From the NCBI GenBank assembly GCA_037917625.1, contig JAVCBY010000086.1:1-23792 (forward strand): a stretch of DNA of 23,792 nt, written 5' to 3'. The stretch is from Thermoproteota archaeon (GTDB taxonomy: Archaea; Korarchaeota; Korarchaeia; Korarchaeales; Korarchaeaceae). Each line of letters begins with the position of its first letter. Position 1 is the first letter of the stretch. A program made the translations under genes and the position numbers. The notes under the pieces were generated by a model that saw only the letters and a program-made list of their open reading frames with translations, had not been told where the DNA came from and ran no database searches. Shown here piece by piece: positions 17,149-23,792 of this stretch.

Positions 17149-18003
17149 ATGGTGTCCGAAGCCTTATGGTCGATTCAGTTCCTCGATCCGGGTAAGCAGA
17201 CCCTAGCTATCATAGGAGCGGGTAAGATAGGGACAGCTATTTTGAGAGCTTTGAAGGATGAATGGAACGTCATAGGGACTGGGAGGAGCGATGAGACTAT
17301 AGAGAGGGTGAGGAGGATTGGGGCTATAGCGACTAAGGATAATGCGATGGCTTGCAGGATGGCTGATGTGATAATACTCTCAGTGAAGCCATCCCATCTC
17401 AAGGATCTCCTTACTCTCTCGAGGTATCTAGAGGGGAAGCTGGTCATCTCCGTCTTGGCTGGGGTGAGGACATCGATCTTAGAGAGCGAGTTCCCCAAGG
17501 CTAGAGTAGTTAGAGCGATGCCCAACATAAATGCGATAATAGGAGAATCTGTAACTGCTATATCCGCTGGTAGGAGCGCTAGAGAATCAGATGTTGAATT
17601 AGCGGAGAGGATATTCAGGAAGTTGGGAGATGTCTTCATAGTGCCTGAGGAGTACATGGATCCGATAACAGCATTGATAGGGAGCGGTCCTGCATTGGTA
17701 AGCGAGATAATAGATGCTATGCTCTTAGGCGCTGTAGCGGCTGGTATGCCCAGGGAGTTAGCGTACAGGATGCTTTTGAGGCTCATAGAGGGGACTGTGA
17801 GGGTATTGGAGGAGACGGGGATGCACCCAGCTCAACTGAGGGATCTAGTTACCACACCAGGCGGGACTACTATAACTGGGATAAGCATAATGGAGGAGAT
17901 GAGGGTGAAATCAGGGATAATATACGCTATCAAGGGAGCTTCAGATAGAGCTAAGGAGATAGGAGCGCATATGGAGAGAGTGAGCGTCATACATCGAGGA
18001 TGA
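17149..18003 (+). CDS. proC: Pyrroline-5-carboxylate reductase (start uncertain)
   Basis: IIGAGKIG, ILSVKP, RAMPN, TALIGSGPA, LRDLVTTPGGTTI. Confidence 0.93.
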   Translation: MVSEALWSIQFLDPGKQTLAIIGAGKIGTAILRALKDEWNVIGTGRSDETIERVRRIGAIATKDNAMACRMADVIILSVKPSHLKDLLTLSRYLEGKLVISVLAGVRTSILESEFPKARVVRAMPNINAIIGESVTAISAGRSARESDVELAERIFRKLGDVFIVPEEYMDPITALIGSGPALVSEIIDAMLLGAVAAGMPRELAYRMLLRLIEGTVRVLEETGMHPAQLRDLVTTPGGTTITGISIMEEMRVKSGIIYAIKGASDRAKEIGAHMERVSVIHRG

Positions 18004-18122
18004 TCTTCCGACAATATCCTTTTTTAGTTATTTCGAATATGCCCCAACAAGCTTCTTATATCACTTCGGTAACTCCTGGAAATCTTTAAATCCGTGGAAT
18101 TGAGTGGCTTCGATGGTACCCT

Positions 18123-18398
18123 ATGAGGAAATGCAGGAGGAGAGGGAGGCCTCCATTCTACTTCAAGTATTACTCAGTCGATCGATCTGATGAAGCGATC
18201 ATACTTTATGAGCATGAGCTCGAGGCCATGAAGCTCGTCCATCTCGATGATAGGACTATAGAGGAGGCCTCCCTAATGATGGGACTCACTAAGACTACAT
18301 TCTGGAGGATCCTGGAATCGGGGAGGAAGAAGGTAACTAGAGCTCTCGTGGAGGGGAGGCCCATATCGATAGCTAGGAGGGATGGGAATCAAAAATAG
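18123..18398 (+). CDS. DUF134 family putative DNA-binding protein
   Basis: RRRGRP, ELEAMKLVHLDD.TIEEAS..MGL.KTTFWRILESGRKKV..ALVEG. Confidence 0.88.
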   Translation: MRKCRRRGRPPFYFKYYSVDRSDEAIILYEHELEAMKLVHLDDRTIEEASLMMGLTKTTFWRILESGRKKVTRALVEGRPISIARRDGNQK

Positions 18399-18469
18399 CT
18401 CCCTTAGGCTAGGCCTCCGAATCTCTCTAAAGGGTGGATCACTATCAGTAAGAGTATTTCCCCTCGTAT

Positions 18470-19100
18470 GGGCCTTCTTGACAACTATCTCGCGAAAACT
18501 TATGATTAAAGGCTCTCTTAACTCCTTAGACACAATTATTACTGGGCTCATGAAACCTGAAGAAGTATGGAATGGCTCTTGTGATCGGGGCTCTCGTGAT
18601 GGGTCTGGGATTAGTTACAGGCTCCTCAGCAACTCTTCTTGGCACTCGCAGGAGTTGCGCTTTTACTCGCATCCGGTCCTCCTAGCTTAAAATATAGAGG
18701 TAGAATATTTTGAGCTGGGAAGTGTGGCTTGGGACTTTCCATGTCCTCTCGAACAGTTATCCCTGATGCCAGCGCTCGCGGAACCCCCCATAGGAGTTCT
18801 AGTCTCAGCCGTGCTCACGACAAATGAGCATAGAGTTAGGCTTGAACAGAGGTGTTAAAACTTTAGCAGCTTCGCAAAGGAGTTTATCTCTATGCTGCGG
18901 GATCTTCAGCATAGGCATTTATCATAACCCCATAATCTCAAGGCTTCCCTTTAACAGCCCCTCTAGTTATCGTTACCTCAGGGCTATAAATTGGTCAAGA
19001 TGTTCAAGGGGGAGTTCTTGAAGCTGCGGATCCCCTCACCGCAAAGCTCCTCCAGAATTTCGGTATAATCTATATTGCTCGGCTGTCTATAGTTTACTTA
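18470..19100 (+). pseudogene. Heavily decayed UbiA-family prenyltransferase (MenA-like)
   Basis: Ordered fragments across frames: IITGLMKPE (18535), KYGMALVIGALVMGLGL, SGPPSLKYRG (18672), PIGVLVSAVLTTN, IE..LNRGVKTLA (18848), ADPLTAKLLQNFG (19026). Confidence 0.65.
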
Positions 19101-19226
19101 ATGTTCTCTGCTCAAGATTTCTACGTAACTGCAGTAGTGGACTCCTCATGGCTGAGTTCTCCATGTCTCCTTATGAACCCTCTTCTACGATTAATACTTT
19201 AGAGTCTTCAGTCAAGCTGAAGTTCG

Positions 19227-19970
19227 CTAGGGCACTCCATAGTATATCCTGGTCCCTCCCTCGATTCTCTCGATCCCAGTTATGAATATACCCCCCACTT
19301 CACTCGTGTTCCTGACGTGAGTACCAGTGCAGGGCATCGCGTTCACCCCCTTTATCTCCACTACCCTGTATCTCTCAGCTTTAGGGAGCCTACCGAGATT
19401 AGGAGCCCCATATATAACTTTCTCGAGATCCTCTGAAGGTACTTCCCTCACTACAACTTCCCTCCCTTCAAGAAGCTCGTTCGCACCTCTCTCTATCTCA
19501 GGTAGTAAGCTCTCATCTATCAGAGCTTTATAATCGACATATGCCCTAGGAGGGCCGTGGAAAGCCCCTAATGTCTCAGCCTCTCCTATGAGATCAGCTA
19601 TCACCCTATCTATCACGTGACCAGCTGTGTGCAATCTCATGATCAGATATCTCCTCTCCCAGTCCAGCTCCTGCTCAGCGATCTCCTCTAAAGTACCTCC
19701 CATCAACTTACAGTAGATTACGATGACGTCATCGTTCTCAAGGACCTTCTTCACTTCAGCTTCGAATCCCCTCCCGCGAATCCAACCCTGATCGCTCGGC
19801 TGCCCTCCTCCAAGGGGATGGAATACGGAGGAATCTGGGACTACGTAATAATAACTCCCCTTCTCCTTCAAGACTCTCAAAATCTCACTATTGCATCTCT
19901 TAGCGTAAGAATCCGTTAGGTAGATCTTCTTAGTGGGTGGAAGCCCCCTCGTTACTTCCTCTACTCTCAT
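19227..19970 (-). CDS. Second AlaX-type tRNA editing protein
   Basis: VFHPLGGGQPSDQG, IMRLHTAGH (HxxxH), MPCTGTHVRNTSEVG (CxxxH). Confidence 0.9.
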   Translation of the reverse strand: MRVEEVTRGLPPTKKIYLTDSYAKRCNSEILRVLKEKGSYYYVVPDSSVFHPLGGGQPSDQGWIRGRGFEAEVKKVLENDDVIVIYCKLMGGTLEEIAEQELDWERRYLIMRLHTAGHVIDRVIADLIGEAETLGAFHGPPRAYVDYKALIDESLLPEIERGANELLEGREVVVREVPSEDLEKVIYGAPNLGRLPKAERYRVVEIKGVNAMPCTGTHVRNTSEVGGIFITGIERIEGGTRIYYGVP

Positions 19971-20218
19971 AAGGGATCCTCTTAAGAGAAGTATAAAAGT
20001 TATGGGGTATGAGAATCCACCCTAGTAAGATAACACTCGTATTTTAGAGCAATTTAGCTATTCTCTCGGATATATCGAATATCAACTCCAGGGCCCTAAA
20101 TCGATCCCCATTTTAGTTAACTCAGAGTTGCTATCAGCGAGCCGATACACTCTGAACTTAACTATGCTATTTTTCTCATCTATTTCTCCGTTACTGAGAT
20201 CTATTCCATCCATGATAA

Positions 20219-20422
20219 TTAATTTTTGAAGAATTCCCTCAGGAGTCTCATCAAGATATCATCGTAGAGGATCCTCTCTAACACCTCGTTATCTAAACGA
20301 ACTTCCACACCTCTCACTACTCTGTTCCACCGTCCCTCAACTTTCGCTTTTATCTTCCCCTTGACATAGTTCCACGTATGGGAAGTATATCTCCACGGTC
20401 TTACGTATCTCCTCTGACTCAT
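20219..20422 (-). other. Short ORF, probably a fragment of a decayed hypothetical gene
   Basis: 67 aa with host-like codons; protein-like reading continues in another frame downstream (GIDLSNGEIDEKNSIVKFRVYRL). No family recognised. Confidence 0.35.
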
Positions 20423-20714
20423 CGCGTCGATTAAGAACTTACTGAGTCATCGAACATTTGCTCATTTGAAGAGTTGAAGTACTTATCGGCGAGGACTCAA
20501 CTAGCTCTACACAATCCCGCTGATGAGTATATCCCGCAGACCGGGAAGCACACTATCCTCGAGAATGGGATTCGTTGAGGATGTCTGATTCAATTGTAGA
20601 GGGAGCTGACGATCTTGTAGAGATTCTACTTCTCTGAGAGGTCTAAGGCAGCTTGCATGCCTCAGCAGTATTTATAGGAATATACTTTTATAGCTGAATA
20701 CTCCTCGTTATCAT

Positions 20715-20951
20715 GTGAACTGGAGAGAGCGAATAATAATAGATCCCAACGTTATGGCTGGGAAGCCTGTGATAAAGGGGACGAGGATCCCTGTCGATGC
20801 TATATTGAGGAGGCTCGGAGAAGGAGCGAGCATAGAGGAGATACTCGAAGATTATCCTAACCTAAAGGAGGAAGATATAAGGGCCGCTTTGATTTATGCT
20901 GCTGAATCACTAGCAGAAGAGGAAATAATACCGTTAGTGGGATCTCATTGA
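20715..20951 (+). CDS. DUF433 family antitoxin
   Basis: RIIIDPNVMAGKPVIKGTRIPV..IL..L..G.SIEEILEDYPNL..EDIRAAL.YAA. Confidence 0.93.
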   Translation: MNWRERIIIDPNVMAGKPVIKGTRIPVDAILRRLGEGASIEEILEDYPNLKEEDIRAALIYAAESLAEEEIIPLVGSH

Positions 20952-21290
20952 AGTTCCTCATCGATGAATGTGTGGGCAGAAGGCTGGTAGTTCTTCTGCA
21001 GAGATCTGGATACGATGCCGTCTTCGTAGGGGATTGAAAGCTCTCTTCTGATGAAGATGTTTTAAGAAAGGCTGAAAGTGATGGTAGAATACTGATAACA
21101 GACGATAAAGACTTTGGAAGGCTCATATTCAAGTTAAAGAGACCATCAATTGGATTCATATTAATCGGGACTGACACGACAGACCGATAAGAGGCTCGAT
21201 TCTCTGTTGGAAGTCTTGAAGAAGATAAATCCTAGTGGTAAGTTTATTGTGATAGAGGACGGCGCTATAAGGATAAAAAAGAATTCATAA
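20948..21290 (+). pseudogene. DUF5615 PIN-like toxin, inactivated
   Basis: TTG start overlapping the DUF433 stop: MKFLIDECVG..GD*KLSSDEDVLRKA..GRILITDDKDFGRLIF. In-frame TGA at 21035-21037 and a frameshift near 21185; the remainder DKRLD..GKFIVIEDGAIRIKKNS ends at TAA 21288-21290. Confidence 0.88.
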
Positions 21291-21622
21291 GGTAAAGTAG
21301 TAGGGAGATTTCGTTCATCTCTTTATATGACTTTACGTGCCGCGTATTTTCGCTGACTCAATTCGTTTCATAGTAACTTATCATAGCAAGCTGTTCAAGA
21401 GCTCCGTAGGGATCCAGTTTGACCAGCGGATGCTCTTGAGACCCCCTCGGATTTCGGGACGCCTTATACCTTCACAGGCATCAAGTCCAGATTGCTCATT
21501 TTACCGAGCCAATGCGAAGAAATTCATTAAAAATAATCGGAGATTTAACGTTTTTCATTGTCTCTTGAACGAGCTCCGCTTCACTTTTATGAGTATGCCG
21601 GTACATCGTTGAGTTAGCTCAC

Positions 21623-22561
21623 TCAATCACGATAAACTCTCATCTCATTTATCACACTTATCCAAGCTAATGCCACTTTCTCAGGATTATAACCTCCTCC
21701 CCCCAGGGCTATTAGCCTACCGAAGGCCTTCTCATGAGCTATCTCATGAGCGAATCTCACGACCTCTTTATGGACTCTGGGGCTGCACCTCAAGTGAGTT
21801 ATAGGATCGCCATCTAAACAATCCCCTCCGCACTGCACTACGACTAAGTCCGGGCTTATACCCCTCATGAAATCCTTAGCTTCCTCAAACTTAGTTAAGA
21901 ACTCAGGATCTCCATCTCCTGGCTTAAGCGTGATGTTCAGCTTAGTCCCCTCAGCTCCTCCCTTCCCCCTCTCCCACTCGAACCCAGTGCCGGGGTAGAG
22001 GTACCTCCCGTCCTCATGCACGTCAACTATGAATATCTCGGGATCCTCCTCGTACTCATAGTAAACTCCATCCCCGTGATGAGCATCCACATCTATGTAG
22101 AGCATTTTACGGAGACCTCTCCTCCTAGCTACCTCAAATAATACTCCTATATCGTTGAAGACGCAGAAGCCCGCGGCTGATCCCCTCCTCGCATGATGGA
22201 GTCCTCCCATGGGGTTGAAAGCGTGATCGACCTCCCCCCTTAGCACGGAGTCAAGAGCTCTCAAAGTAGATCCCACAACGTAAGCTGAGGCCTCGTAAAC
22301 TCCCTTGAAAGCGGGAGTGTCCCCGTAATCTAAGTAACCGGATCCCCTCTCGGACATCCTCTTCACGAACTCAATGTAATCCTTGCGATGGAATAAAGCT
22401 ATCTCCTCCTCTTCCGCCATAACGGGATCTAGGAGCACGAAGTCCCTCGGGAGGAGCTCATAGAACTTCACTATCCTGTAGGAGTTCATGGGATGATTCG
22501 GCCCGAATGAGTAGAGCGTCAGCTGAGGCCCGAAGAGGACTCCGACCCTGCACACCTTCAT
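21623..22561 (-). CDS. Zn-dependent histone deacetylase / AcuC family protein
   Basis: FGPNHPM, GDTP, GGLHHA, GFCVFND, DVDAHHGDG, GDPI, GGGGY. ATG 22561 has a GGAGGGG SD. Confidence 0.95.
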   Translation of the reverse strand: MKVCRVGVLFGPQLTLYSFGPNHPMNSYRIVKFYELLPRDFVLLDPVMAEEEEIALFHRKDYIEFVKRMSERGSGYLDYGDTPAFKGVYEASAYVVGSTLRALDSVLRGEVDHAFNPMGGLHHARRGSAAGFCVFNDIGVLFEVARRRGLRKMLYIDVDAHHGDGVYYEYEEDPEIFIVDVHEDGRYLYPGTGFEWERGKGGAEGTKLNITLKPGDGDPEFLTKFEEAKDFMRGISPDLVVVQCGGDCLDGDPITHLRCSPRVHKEVVRFAHEIAHEKAFGRLIALGGGGYNPEKVALAWISVINEMRVYRD

Positions 22562-22667
22562 CGCCCCTCCATTCAATATCCGCTTAAAATCTCGGAGACC
22601 TGTGGTATTAATTGCTCCTTGAAGTGGTAAGATCGCGAGCTGTTGGAACTTGGAAGAGCTTAATACA

Positions 22668-23076
22668 TCAATCTTTCACGCTGCTTCTAGCTCTATCCTC
22701 ATCCGCGAACTTCCAGATTCCTCTACGCGGGTAAAGTATCTGTATGCCCAGTTCCTCAGCTAAAGCATCGCTTATGAGGACTTCCTCAGCTAAAGGGTTG
22801 ATCAGAGCATTGGCTAAGACCTCCTCACTCACCCTGTCCTCAGTTAGAACTCTCACAAATACGGATCGAGGTGCTGCATATCCCTCGACATCACCACCAG
22901 CTGTACTGAGTGTGATCAGTAGAGACCCATCCGGTTGGGGCCAGAGGCCCTCTCTAGCCACATTCACAGGTATGAGCAGGTTCCTCGCTCATGAAACCCG
23001 TGTTCACGAGAGCTGTGAGCACAACTCTCTTGCCGAATTCTCTACTTCTGACCTCTATCCTCAATCTTATCGGCAT
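22668..23076 (-). pseudogene. Retropepsin-like (clan AA fold) archaeal protein, frameshifted
   Basis: ATG 23076 MPIRLRIEVRS..VVLTALVNTGFMSEEP, frameshift near 22978, then LLIPVNVAREGLWP..STAGG..EVLISDALAEELGI. Confidence 0.7.
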
Positions 23077-23188
23077 CTATATCTCCTCTCAATATCCTCT
23101 TAGCCTCCTCTTGGCTGATCGATTCTATCCTTATCCTCCCCCTTATCTCCTTGATCCTCACGTAGCCGACCTTAACTCTCCTGAGCAC
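23042..23188 (-). CDS. 48-aa basic microprotein upstream of the retropepsin-like gene
   Basis: GTG start about 22 nt after TATA TTTATTAA; MLRRVKVGYVRIKEIRGRIRIESISQEEAKRILRGDIDADKIEDRGQK; overlaps the next ATG. Confidence 0.55.
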   Translation of the reverse strand: MLRRVKVGYVRIKEIRGRIRIESISQEEAKRILRGDIDADKIEDRGQK

Positions 23189-23279
23189 GAATGATACTAG
23201 CCGCTCGGGTTAATAAACTTACATGAACGGGGTCTATCTCCTAGTCAGATAGAGCTGATATCGAGTTATTAAAAAAGAG

Positions 23280-23646
23280 TTATCTCACCCTCAGGATTCT
23301 ATACTTCGGAATGCTTCGAGGTCTCGACAGAAGGGACTCTTAACACTCCTGACCCCCTGAGCTCAAGATTCCCTCAGATCTCCTGAAGATGGGGGTAACC
23401 GTCATCCTCGCGAGCTGTAAGCTCGATGACACCCCCGAAACTCTCTATTTCATCCAACTTTACCTGATCTTAACTCAAGTTCGCCTGATAGTGCATCTAT
23501 AACTTCGTTCCAGCTACTCTCTCTGTAATGACTATGGAAGGGATCATAAGCTTCTCATCCGATATTTTCGAAATTAAAATAGCTATTTTCCTCCTCAGAA
23601 GGAGGAAATGTGTTATCAGGAATCTCGTGTCCAATATCAACGCCAT
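23280..23646 (-). pseudogene. vapC: Decayed PIN-domain (VapC) toxin
   Basis: ATG 23646 MALILDTRFLITH..KLMIPSIVITE, stop at 23499-23497; scrambled PIN-like C-terminal remnants downstream, so the 3' boundary is uncertain. Confidence 0.7.
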
Positions 23647-23792
23647 GCTCTCCTTTCCTCCAAGAGTTTGATAAGCTTCTCATACTCTTCCTCGCCGACT
23701 GGATCCCCCGGCTCTGGGATCCCTGGTTTCATGAGTATTATCTTTTGCCTTCTAAAGAAGCAAAAATAATTCCCTTTAAGGCATCTATATTT
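23637..23792 (-). pseudogene. C-terminal part of AbrB/VapB-like antitoxin, apparently frameshifted (runs off window)
   Basis: KIILMKPGIPEPGDPVGEEEYEKLIKLLEERRAWR* overlaps the VapC start; the upstream frame is interrupted. Confidence 0.5.

Noticed and set aside
18382-19021. ORFs 18382-18690 and 18824-19021 as independent genes
   Set aside because: Better explained as frame fragments of the MenA-like pseudogene.
20521-20588. TGATGA ... CTGA as a box C/D sRNA
   Set aside because: Guide and C' spacing do not fit the archaeal layout; no identifiable target.
21035-21037. In-frame TGA as selenocysteine or recoding
   Set aside because: The same gene also has a frameshift, the position fits a Trp, and no SECIS-like element is evident.
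21337-21612. 91-aa plus-strand ORF
   Set aside because: Atypical codon and amino-acid composition, no SD or motifs; the region may be an unrecognised remnant.

Overview
Archaeal chromosomal window (TATA/BRE promoters, many apparently leaderless genes, GGAGGTGA-type SD sites, AGG-rich codons). Gene content, including a 117-aa stand-alone LigD phosphoesterase, suggests Korarchaeota; this is inference. The left end holds an anaerobic CO-oxidation locus on the minus strand: V4R protein, radical-SAM-like/ModE-LysR-HTH fusion (a CorQ/CorR-like pair), cooF, cooS and the start of cooC. Next comes a plus-strand run of PLP aminotransferase, MFS, TauE/DUF1634 and GT4 glycosyltransferase. The middle is dense in DNA-processing genes: a small PIP-box-like protein, MPG glycosylase, a KaiC-like ATPase coupled to a stand-alone AEP, a PD-(D/E)XK-like protein, an HhH-GPD glycosylase with two Cys4 clusters and the LigD 3'-phosphoesterase. 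Also present are two AlaX paralogs, ThiF/MoeB, proC, DUF134 and an HDAC/AcuC gene. Several apparent intergenic gaps are decayed genes missed by the ORF track: trpB2, a menA/UbiA-like gene, three toxin-antitoxin loci and a retropepsin-like gene. No rRNA, tRNA, CRISPR array or transposase was seen.
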